Assembly: GCF_000002075.1 (NCBI RefSeq)
Contig: NW_004797521.1
Span: 293,472 to 357,471 of the forward strand
DNA length: 64,000 bases
Direction: 5' to 3'
Source of the DNA: Aplysia californica
Taxonomy: Eukaryota
Positions 12,201 to 24,791 of this stretch are shown here, in pieces. The notes under the pieces are model-generated. The model was given only the letters and a program-made list of their open reading frames with translations, searched no databases and had not been told where the DNA came from. Position 1 is the first letter of the stretch, and each line of letters starts with the position of its first letter. A program made the position numbers and the translations under genes.

Positions 12201-15200
12201 ATATGTTGGTACTTGGTGTAGTTATTATTGTTTCAGCAGTCCTCTGACTTTTGCCAGAATGCTGCAAAGTGATCATTGCAGATTCTTTTCTATTCCTGTA
12301 TAGTTTCATAAGATAGAGAACATTCTCTGTTTAGGTCTTGGAGAAGGAAGAGTGGCTTTGATATTGTTATGTGCAAGACAGTGTCGTCATGGTCTGTTTT
12401 GTGAGGGTAATCCAAAAGCAGGCACATTAACAAAATGATGTGATTGGATTTTGTCAAAGTGAAAAAAAAAAAAAGTGGAATATATGCTGTGTAGTTCAGG
12501 CTGACCAAAGATGTTGCTTTGTGTATTTCTTTATTTGAAAAATGCTTTAGGAATACAGTTGTTAGACCTTCTTTTCTCCGTATCTCTCCCTTCTGTTTAT
12601 TGTATTGTATTTTGAGTTCTCACTGCTAAAGATTCTTCTTTTATATGCCTTTTCTGTTTTGGTCAAGCTCAAATACAAAGGGAAAACAACGATAATTATT
12701 CTGTAGTGAAAGAGTTAGTGCCCAGAAATAAATCTATTGAGATATAACATATAAAGCATAAGGTGTACAACAGGTTGGTCAATGCAAAGTCTCAGTACTC
12801 TCAAAATAATCAAAGTTGAGAAATGAAGGTCTACAATAAATAATTGGAATTGGACTCGACCTTCCACAACATTGGCTGACATCTTATAACTGACTGAGAA
12901 AATACCACCTTTGAGAAGACAGCATGCGTCACTGAAATCAAGTTTTCACAGGCTAAACAAAAAGTTTCTTTTTTCTTATCTTTATACTTTCAACTTTCAA
13001 GTCAGACTGAAATTTGTAGGAATAAAAAGCAAGGCAACACTAGATTCTTTTAAAGAATAATTTAGCGTTATATTTTGTAAGTAGATCAACAACAATTAAA
13101 CAAGTGACTGTCAGACTCTCACTTTCTTTTTTCCTTCCTGAGCTGCAGTTTGTCACACCATGCTGTTTACCCTTCAGGTTTGCCTTCTCCATGGTGGAAA
13201 CCATGCCTCTGTTTATGATCATCTCCTGGCTCTTTACTGTGGCCATGATCATCCGAGGTATTGTCTACGAGAAAGAGACACGGCTCAAAGAGGTCATGAG
13301 GATCATGGGTCTTGGCAATGGTTTACACTGGCTGGCCTGGTTTGTCCTCTCCTTGGTGGTCATGATGGTCTCATGTGTCATACTCATCATTATGCTCAAG
13401 GTAATTCTGATAAGGAATAGCAAAATGTTTTTTGTGACTGTTAACATTAGACAGATTCAAAGCTCTTTTCTCAATATTTTCTTATTCAAAGATTACAGTT
13501 GAACACATGAATAACTGACTCAGTGTAATGTTTTCTAACATTTCAGTACTCTTTGAAACTATTCCTTTGGCTACAAGACTGATTGTTCCCCTTAACTTCT
13601 AGTTGAATGATAGATATTGAGCGAAGAAAAATTTGTTTCTTTTTCCCTAGACTGGTCGCCTCTTACAGCGTGCAGACATTGGTATCTTGTTCTTCTTCAT
13701 GCTGGGTGTCTGCATGTCCACCATCAGCCAGTGTTTCCTTATCTCGGTTTTTTTCAACAAAGCCAACCTGGCAGCTGTCTGTGGCGGTTTCATCTACTTT
13801 ATCTTGTACCTGCCTTACACCCAGCTTGTGCAATGGGTCGGGCAGGCAGAAACATGGCACTTCAATCTTGCGGTAAGTATTCTCTCTTCTGCTCTGATGT
13901 TTTTATACAGCATTCGATTTTCTGCATTGATAGGTCAGCATCAGTATTTTATACTGCCTCGTACAAGTCATAACTGGTGGCTCTGTTTGCAATGCTATTT
14001 TCTGGACGACAGCTTCGTGGATGCATGTGATTACTGAGGATGTGGATATCAATGCTTGTTATTTGATTTGCGAGTCAAAAACATATTTGTTCAATTGTAT
14101 CATTATTTTGGGTAAACAACGTGCAGAAAACATTTATGATGGGGAGATAATAAACTTAAAGTATATAGGACAACATGCCAAGGTTTTGGGGGATATCTCT
14201 TTCAGTTTTTGTTTATAAAGCAATTTTTCATTCTTTAGTGTTACAATAGTTGAAAATCACGTAGAGTGAACATACACACAGTAACTTCCAGTCTAAATGC
14301 CGTTGGAATGTCTTTGCTTGTTATTCATTGTAGTAGTGGATACCTGGGATTTTTGAGTACATTGAAGGCAGTAAGGCGTGTGTTCAGTTCTTGAGTGGGA
14401 GTGTTTCTTATGTAGTATCTCCATCTGTCTGCTGGAACATTGTATCCTATTCAGCCTAGATGAGCTCTGGCTCATAAGATTGCAGTAGTCCACTTCTGAA
14501 TGATTTAAACAGTGTTGATGAAAGTGTAAAACATTTACAACAACAGCAAGAAAAAGACCCCAAAAAAAAGAAAGCAGTAATTTGAGCTATTTATTAGTAG
14601 CTGCTTTAGTTTTTTGCTCTATATTTTAAGTATGCTTCTGTTATATCATCCTGTTTTGATATAAGGCACTGGTTTTTCTCTCTGACAGTGTCTGTCCTCC
14701 AATGTTGCAATGGCTATGAGCTGCTACTACCTGTCTATCTATGAAGAGCAAGTGGTGGGTGCTCAATGGGGCAATATAGGGACCAGTCCGGTGGTGGATG
14801 ATGTCTACAGTCTCCGCTCCAGTATCCTCATGATGTATGTCGATGCTCTCATCTACCTCATTCTGACCTGGTACATAGAGGCTGTCTTCCCAGGTAAANN
14901 NNNNNNNNNNNNNNNNNNNNNNNNNNNNNNNNNNNNNNNNNNNNNNNNNNNNNNNNNNNNNNNNNNNNNNNNNNNNNNNNNNNNNNNNNNNNNNNNNNNN
15001 NNNNNNNNNNNNNNNNNNNNNNNNNNNNNNNNNNNNNAATAAGTCATAGGTTCTTCAACCCTCAAGAAAACTGATTTGTGCTTGTTATTTGACCTGTTTC
15101 CTAACCTTACACTGTTTTCAAACATTTTAAAATATTTTTACTGAGCTGTTTTCCCACCCCTCTCCTACTCTCATATCTGCATTTAAACACTTTCATCAAT

Positions 15201-18200
15201 GTAATAAGTTTGATTATGCTTTCCTTTATGGATATCACAATTCATATGACTTCCTATATATATATAACTTTATCTCTTTCAGGTCAGTATGGGATGCCTC
15301 GTAAACCATGGTTCTTCCTGCAACGATCCTACTGGTGTGGTCATGCGAAGTCACACTCTACTGAGGCTGGTGGTCAAGTGGCCAATGGGCATGCAGCAGG
15401 TGGGATAAAAGTTGATAAGATAAACTTCTAGTTTGATTTATCTTCTTTGAAAGGAAAAACTGTTTTCTTACAATGAATGAGGCTCGAAGAGAAGATGAAA
15501 TATATGTTTGTCCTCCATTTTCATATCATTTTTTCAGTTTCAAGCAGTCTCAATTGAGCCAGTCTGTTTCATTATGTGGGCATTTATCTAAGAGAGGTTT
15601 TTTACATTTCACCTAAAGAACACAAAGTTCATGCAGGTAGTCATAGGGAGCAGACATTTATGAAAGATCTGCAGTATTTTAGGTTTTCCTTTTATCTGTT
15701 AAAAGTGATAATTGTATATGTATTTTTACATGTAGAGGGTGCTGTTATTTGAACCTACTTGTTTCCAAAGTAAATCTTGTTTTTATATGTCTTCTAGCTG
15801 GCCCCCAGCTTGGGTTGCCTGTACACTATGCGTTTTATTCTTTTATTCTCTAAACTCAGAAGACTGATGAAAATATCTTCACTCCCATTCCAGTGTCCAG
15901 TCATGACATTGAGAAGGAGCCAGCAGACCGCCGTGTGGGCGTGGCAGTGCGCAACTTGTGCAAGGTGTATAACAAAGGTGACAAAGTGGCCGTGGATGGC
16001 CTGTCTATCAACTTCTTCGAGGGGCAGATCACATCATTCCTGGGACACAATGGCGCTGGCAAGACGACTACCATGTAAGTAGAATGGTTTTGCATGGGGA
16101 TGAATTTATTTTTTGGGGTCTGGATCTTGAAAGAAAGGCTTTCATTTGTTCTGGTCATAAAAACTGAAGCATTCAGTGTGCCTCTTAGTGCAGTGTTCCT
16201 GCCAAGTTCAACAGACTTAGTGAAGTCCTATTATTGGTTTCACAATACATTATAAGACTGTTCTCACATTCAAGTGAATAGAAATGTATCTGCCTCTTTT
16301 TTCAGGGTGGATGGCTCATGTGGGCTCTGATGTGGCCTGTTGCTGTATACTTCATTTCAGTTTTTCTATGGTCATATTCTGTTCTTGGGAAAATGGGGTT
16401 GATATCTGTCTTGTTTGATATAAACTGCCACTCAATTACAAAAATTTGATTTCACATGCATTTTGTTGTATTGTACAACTTCTGTCTTTGTGCAGTAGAA
16501 ATGATTTTAAGCTGTTTATTTAACCTGCAAATTGTCGAACCGATCAGTCATCGTGTGTTTGGAGTTTCTTGTCATTATGTAAATTCTTTGGGTTTTTTGT
16601 TACTGCTTCTCTTTGTGGCTGTTCAGGTCATTTTGAATTGTTACTAGTAGGGAGAGGAACTGTATTCTCACTACATTATATAGTGTCATTGTATGGAATG
16701 GACAGATATGTAGAGTTGTCTATTTGGTTTATTTTGTGACTGCCTGCCTTTTCAGTCAGGGTAGATTCTTTTTTTGTGTTTTTTTTTTAAGGATACACTT
16801 TACAGTTGAGGTCAGGCTTTAATTTGTAATGATACAGTTAGGGTCACAGTTTTTATTAGATCTTTTGTCTGTTTGCTATATTTCTAAAGAGACAACTTAT
16901 GCTACTTATGTTCTGTCTCTCCTACTTCTGTTTGCAGGAGTATTCTGACGGGTCTGTTCCCTCCAACTTCGGGCACTGCTCTGATCTATGACCAGGATAT
17001 CCACACAGACTTTGACCAGATTCGGAGTAGCCTGGGCATGTGTCCTCAGCACAATGTACTTTTTGACTTGTAAGATGTTTGGCTGAAATTTTTTATTTAA
17101 ATAGGTTACTGGTTGTTGCCTCCTCATTGTTTTTAATGCTTTCTGTGATTTGGTAGTTTCATGTAGTGAAGTATTTTAGTATTGTAGGCATTATCATATC
17201 TGCTTATTCTAAGAATACTGCACAACTGGAAGAATAAAAGTTTACACCAATTTCTAACTCATGTAATTGTTGTTGCTTCAGTGGACAGTTAATAATAACT
17301 TAAAAATGATTCCCAATTCATTAATGCTGGTACCCATTGTTTTTTTAATATGAAGGACATAGCTGTATATCCGAACAAATACTTTTTCCACAGCTAGCAT
17401 TGCATAGAGTCAACAGACTGCAGTTTTGTGCAAATCTCTTTTATACATTATAAAGTGCACAGAGCCTATTTTGGGTAGGGATATTTGCTATACAAATGCT
17501 TTCTATTACTCCATGAGCTGATCTGTCAGTGTCTTGAAGTATGAATTCAGCTTAAATACAAAATTACTGTCTGAGCACTTTGAGAAATTATCAATCTTTT
17601 TAAAGTTATAATATTGTTTTGAAATGTTAAAGAAAAAAATAGTTTTCAAATACATAACTAGAATTATTCATTAAAAAACTACATTTTTTTCCTTGACACT
17701 CCCTCCAATTACAGGCTGACGGTTGAGGAGCATATCTGGTTCTATGCTCTTCTCAAGGGCTGCTCCAAAGACCAGGTGGAGAAAGAGCTGGAGCAGATGC
17801 TGGAGGATGTTGGCCTACCTCACAAGCGTGATGTGACGTCAGTTACATTGTCTGGTTAGTACATTACTGACATACTGACTTGCTTCCCTTCTCTGACCCA
17901 GCTCTCACCTAGGTCTGAAATGGTGAAATGTTATGGGTTTAATACCCCTATCAACATTATTAGGTTATTTAAGAGACGGGACCTCTTAGTTAAACGTTGG
18001 TCTCCGAAAGAACGGAGCCAAATGGGAAATTCATGCAAGGTGCCTTTCTCAAGGACACAACTTCAGACCGAGCTGTGGCTCAAATCCCCGAACCCACAAT
18101 CTCATGATTATGATTCGGGTAGCCTAATCCCTAGGCTACCGACACCACCACCTAGGTCTGTGCATTTTTTACTTCATCTCATGAAGCAAAATATGCAGGT

Positions 18201-21200
18201 CTTCTCAAGTTGGTTGGGGGGGGGGGGCACATTGTCAGCATAGAAATTCTTAGGGGGGGTGGGGTGCATTGTCAGCATAGAACTTCTGATGTGACTAAGG
18301 TTTTTTTGTGGAATACTTTGTCATTTTGAATGCTAGGATAAGTCATAGAAGGAAATTTGAATTATAACACTGCTCAGCTTTGCTCCGAGGGTTGGTGCAA
18401 AGTGTTTGTTTCATTTGTCTTCACCTTATTGTCTGTTTTATCAAACCCATGCTCAAATTATTGAGAAATCTCATTCACTTTATCTTTAAATAACAGACAA
18501 ATGGAAAAGTACTTGAATAACTAATCAACACTTTTTCATGTAAGAAAAAACAGCATTTGCAAAACTGGAAAAAAAATCAAGCTGGAATCCATTTTTTCTT
18601 TGAGCCAGTACAAAGCTTAATGAAATCTACTTATCTTATGCAAGAAGTTGTTCATGATTTAACAATGAATTTATTATACTCTGTTCTTCTTACTGTGCTT
18701 TGCTTATCTTATTATTTGCACATTATCATGATAATTTCCTTTCCCGTTTGAAATGAAAACAGTGACCAATGCACTTATAGAGGTATGATTGCACCCTTCT
18801 ATTTCATGTCAACATTATTTTCTTTTGGCAACTCGGTCAAATCCTTTGACTGTATTACAGTTATTGAGCTGGCCTCTGAAAAATACAATAAACTGAATTT
18901 CCAAGTAAGATAAGCTTAGATCTGCACAATATCATTGAAATTTTGAAGAAGTAGCTCTATTTATTTTGGGTTTGTTTCTTTTCTCTTGAAAGGTGGCATG
19001 AAACGAAAGCTTTCAGTAGCTATTGCCTTTGTCGGTGGGTCCAGGACTGTGATTTTGGACGAGCCTACAGCAGGGGTAGACCCATATGCACGGCGTGCCA
19101 TCTGGGAGCTGTTGCTGAAGTTTAAAAAAGGTAAGAAAATTTCATTAATATATTCTTTTTTGCTTCCAGAAGAATAATAAGTATAAGTGCTCCAGATAGG
19201 GAAGTACTTCCATGATATTTTTTCCTGTTATCATAATTTTCAACCTCATGAGAGTTTTTTAATGTCTATGTTGACATAACATTCAAGTATCAGACCTAAA
19301 TGGTTGTCAGTATTGAAGTATGTGCACACTGTTCTCTTTTGATAGACCGAACTATCATCTTGTCCACCCATCACATGGATGAAGCAGATGTACTCGGAGA
19401 CCGCATCGCTATCATCTCGCATGGCAAGCTGTGTGCTGTCGGCTCCAGCCTTTTCCTCAAGAACAGATTTGGCAGTGGTTACTACCTCACCCTGGCCAGG
19501 GAAGACAAAAGCATGACTGGCTCAGACAATAGGTAAGGTTAATGATGTTATACTGGGTTATTTTTAGTATTTTCTTCTGAAGTGAGGGTTGAAAGTGCTG
19601 CTTTGGGAATCTTCTGACAAGTTTTGAGTTGTTTTTACTATCATAGGAAATACAAATTAATCATGGCAGTTTGTCCTTTTTGAAAGTGTGCAATTAAGAA
19701 AAATAGTGAAATTGCGTGACATATGTCTTCAAAATAATGACATGTTCTTTCTCTTGTTCATAGTGGACCTGATGACTTACTAGGAAAGGAGGCAGTCACA
19801 ACAGACATGATTCAGGTAATGCTGGGCTAAAAAACGGAAGACAGTTTTTTGTTTTGCACTAGTTTCTTTAATGTCTTTTGACATGCATACAGCTGAATAT
19901 TGAAAGCAAAGCAGAAGCTAGAAGACTGATTTTGGGAGGAAGGGGGAGGTAGGGTGGGAGAACTGACTGGATAAGGTTTTGTTATCAAACATAGTACAGT
20001 CAAACCTGTGTAAGACGGCCACCCACTGTCAAGGAGAAAAGTGGCCGTATAAGACAGGTGGCCGTCTTAGGCAGGACTGATCAAGAAGAAGAAAACAAAT
20101 TATTCCTATCAGAGGTCACAATCGAAAGTAGCCGCATTGTTGGTTTTGTTGTTGTTGGTGGTGGTGGTTTGTATTTTGTTTGTAATTTTTATTTTGTTGC
20201 TGATTTCGCAAAAGGGTGACAATAAAACGAAATGTATCAGACAAGGAAGACAGAGTGCAAAGTAAAAACAAACTCCTGAGTCGCCACCACTCAGAGAACG
20301 AGCGACGTTTCTGTCACAAGTTCATGTTGACGTCCTTTGTTACTTTGTTACAGACTGGGTAAACAGTGACCATTCATCTCGCTTACGATTTGTGTTTAAG
20401 TTCTGGGCGGGGCTTATGGGTTATGAGGGATCACACGCTTACCTCACCAGCAGCTGAAAATTGGTAGCTATTGGTCAACAGTAGGAGGGGCCTACGCAAC
20501 ATGATCGGTTGGAGGGACTACCTAACAACAGCGACAGGGGATTGAATTATGACCCCTGGCCCACAACGCCAGGGGCCAAAGCACAATTTATGACTAAACG
20601 AAATGGGGTCACTAAGGTGGCCATCTTTGACGGGTGTTATTGCTTAATGTGATAGGGGTTGTGTGTTGAAATAAGGTGGCCGCGGCCGCGTTGGACAGGT
20701 GCCCGTTTTACACAGTTAAATTATATAGAAAAAACGCAAGGGGGGAAACGGAAAGTGGCCGTTTGTACAGGTGACCGTCTTATAGAGGTGGCCGTCAGGG
20801 CAGGTTCGACTGTATTTACAAGTATAGTGGAACCTATGTAAGAAGGAATTGTAAGGGAGCCAGAGAAAAATTCCTTCCTAGACATTTTCTGTCTTAGGCA
20901 GGTGAAATTTAGGGTGAGATGGAGGGGGGGGGGTTCATACCCACATCACCCTGACCATCTGCACTGCTAAGGGCTCACATTGATGATTTTCACTGTAATT
21001 GAACTTTAGATGGATGGTCCCACCTTTTAAATAGTACAGTATGCTTAAAGGGATATTGAACCAATAGCATGGGCTGTTGAGGGCTCCACTGGTAGGTTCT
21101 ACTTTTTATTTTTGGCTCTCTGTCTTGCATATTCCCAACACCAAATGGCCGTGATTTTGTTGATATGGTTCTTTTACTCAAACTATACGCCTATTATTTC

Positions 21201-24200
21201 TGAGAGAATGCAGTTCCTCACATCATTTTCATCATCTTCACTAATGGAAACAATGAATACATTGAAGGGTCGTGAGTGTAATGTTTTTTCTCCCTGACAT
21301 AAATTAATGTGTTTCCAAATCTCCATTAATGCAATCTATCAGCATCAATTTTCATAACTCTTGTGATTGTTATAGTTGATACTACTTGGGTGCTCTAATT
21401 GTATGTACAATTTGTATTTCCTAGCCTGCAGTAGATGGTGAAAGTGCTGAATCTGATGAGGGTAAAACTCGGGAGAGTGGAGAAGTAGGCACTGCAGGTG
21501 AGTCAGAGGGTCTGGATTCCACGTCTGTGGAGTGTTTTGAATCAGATGAATGTGTGACCCACTTGGGTATTGTCTTTCAGTGACATGCACAAAGGCTGAT
21601 AGTGGGTGGTTGGTGGGTGTTCTTGTGTGGTTTGCTCCTTCTTTCTTATCAAACATTTATCATCCTTATTTCTCCTCCTTCTTTTTGTGTTTGTTACATT
21701 CTTTTAAAACTTCTAATCTTTGGCACTTTTATGACCTTATTGTGTTGTAAGTGCTGTAAAACCCTTACTAAAAATGCTGATTAATCAAACAAGCCATGAT
21801 ATACACACAAAAGTAAAGTGAATGTGTATAAATAGTCAGCAAAAATTTGTTCGGAGAGGTCGCCAGAAGATGGCTGGTGGTTATGGAAAGTTAAGCTGAA
21901 CTTGTTGTGGGGTTGGGGTTTTTTTAACCAAAATTTCAAGTTCAGATAGTGAGCAATGTGACTTTAGCTGTCCCAGACTTATTTTGTAGAGTAAAAAGAA
22001 AAAGTAGGAAAAGTTTTGGTCTTCAATGTCCATCATGTTAGATACTAAAGACCTTTTTTAGCCAAAAACAAGTAGGGGGAAAATGGATAGGTGCTTTCCC
22101 TCTGTCACTAAACATGAATCCTCTTCTCTTTTAGGAAGTAGAAGTGGAGGGTTGTATTTATCATAAACAGAACAGCATCACTGGTGTGGAAATGTAATTG
22201 TTCTGTCCTGAGATAATGTGATATCTGTCACTCCAAAAATAGGCAGCTGATCAAATTATTCTGCTTTTTCAGGGTTCTCAGTGTCGCGAGTGGAGGCGTT
22301 CATCCAGAAATTTGTTCCATCGGCCACTCTGGTGGAGGACAACAGCATGGAAGTTTGCTTCCGCCTGCCAGAAGACGATGGTCACTCAGGAAAGTTCCAG
22401 AAGTTGTTTGCTGCCTTGGAAGTATCCCATAAGGGCCTAGGAGTCTCTAGCTATGGTGTGTCAGACACCAGTCTGGAAGAGGTAAAGCCATCCGTCCTGC
22501 ACCACGAAGTAGTGATATATGTGTCACAATGCGGTGGAATCAGGCATATGTCAATATTTGGGCATGTGGAAATATTGTAATCATCTTAAAGCTGGTTCAT
22601 TGGTCTTGCTTTTAATGTAGAAATATCCATTTTTCTCAAATAAAAGTCAAGATATTCTCGATTTAATGAGGGGGGTTCCATCTGATGTTGGAAGTGAAAT
22701 TAACAAGAAAACAGATGCCAGAATTTGGCGCCTTCCAAAGTTTGAATTTGTCGATGTATGAGAACTGCAAATTTACTTTTTTTTATGCCTTTGACCTATA
22801 TTTTTCAGTAAAATCTACATAAATATGTGTTTTTAAAAGGACATTTAAGGTATTGAGCAAAAAAAATTGATAAAAATTGCCCAACAGGGGGAAATGTCAG
22901 TTTTTTTTACTTACATTGTTTTGATAAGCGCCTGATTTCACCACAATACCATACATATGTTTAGGATGATTTTTTTGCCAAATTCTATAAAATCTTTTGA
23001 CTACTGCTGTTTTGTGTATTTAGAATAAGTTTGAAGAGCCTGTGGACTTGCATTTGTTATTGTTTTGTAATTACTTTAGATGTTTGTAGGAGAAAAGCCT
23101 ATGTTTTTGGACAAATAATTTTACCTGGCTGTGCTTTTCCCTTTATCAGGTCTTCCTGAAGGTGGCTGATGGTGTTGTTGAAGAGGATGAGCTTTGCAGA
23201 TTAAACGTGGAAGAGATGTCAGAAAGTGAGTTTATAGCATTTTGAATAAGTGTCCTTGATAACCTCATTCTCCCTCTCCACACATACGAACACGCACAAC
23301 ACACACCCACCGGAAGAAAATTATATTTTCATTATCTGTAGAAAAAGAAAAACCCCAGTGTTATTGTCTTGAAAGAACACTGAAAATGTTAGAACGTAAT
23401 CATCATCAAGACTTTGGCTTTGTGTCCTTGACATGCTCTGCTCAGTAGAAACACAATTAAGAACATTCCAAATATCCATTATTTCTGAATACAAAAATGA
23501 CTATGTTTCTTTTATATATATATATATGGATTTTTGAACTTTCATTAAAAAAACAATTTGTTTTTTCTTAATTAAAAGAGACAGCATTTCCTCAGTTTTA
23601 ATCTTTAACTTTCAGAATATTTGCTAAGATCTCTCAAAGGTAAGGAATTAATGCTTAATAATCCAATTTTTTTAAAAGCTTGAAAACATCTTTTCAACAG
23701 CTAATCTGTGATCTAACCCATCCAAGATCAAATTTTATTATTACCATCTCCAATCTCATCAAAACATTATTTCTTTGAATTTGATGTTATGTTTCTGTGA
23801 CCTGTCCAGGGTGCAAATGAAATATATGCGGGAAATGTTTATCCGTGGCCATAAATTATTTCTTGAATTCCTCTTCAGTTTTGAGCTTACGATAAGGCTT
23901 AATTGTGTAAGTAGTTGGAAAGTGGAGAGCACATACTGAAATATGAGATGAGATTTCCCCTTCAGAAAGTGCGCTTACTTTCAAAATAAAAGCAAGTTGG
24001 GTTTTTACCTAACAAGGTGTGAAAAATTGTAGCGTCCAACTACCCTACCATAACATGTTGTCTTAATACTCTACCTANNNNNNNNNNNNNNNNNNNNNNN
24101 NNNNNNNNNNNNNNNNNNNNNNNNNNNNNNNNNNNNNNNNNNNNNNNNNNNNNNNNNNNNNNNNNNNNNNNNNNNNNNNNNNNNNNNNNNNNNNNNNNNN

Positions 24201-24760
24201 NNNNNNNNNNNNNNNNNNNNNNNNNNNNNNNNNNNNNNNNNNNAGCATCCTGTATCAACTCGTTAATTGATGTCCCTGTAGCCATGAGCCATCGTTCATA
24301 ATGCTTAAGGGGTCGCTAATATTGAAACGGCATTCCCTCAATCTAATGCCAGGGAGATAACCATCTCCATGTATGCATATCATAACTCTTTTACTAATTA
24401 AATCATTTGGGGTTACTACTGATATATTTCTTAACGTGATGATATCTTTTGTAACAAACAAGCATTTTTATAATATTTTGATTTATTTGATGAGTAGGCT
24501 CTATTGTTTTTACTATTGCAAGTTCTTAATCATAAATATCATGCCTTTTATGTCCAACTGCATTTTTTATTGTACCTATTTGTATTTTTAAGTCAATATA
24601 CTTGTTAATTGCAATTGTGAATTTTTATCAATATGCCAGTATGTTCAAGCAGTTTGTTATTTTTAGTAGAGGTTTTTATTCTTTCTTGATTTTTTTTCTT
24701 GTGATGCACATTGAGCTTCTCGAGATGAAAATGATTATTATAATTATTATCATAATTATT

Positions 24761-24791
<31 letters not shown>

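Noticed and set aside
21453-21475. CTGATGAG-GGTAAAAC-TC hammerhead-like start
   Set aside because: No GAAA follows and it lies inside a coding exon (SDEGKTR).
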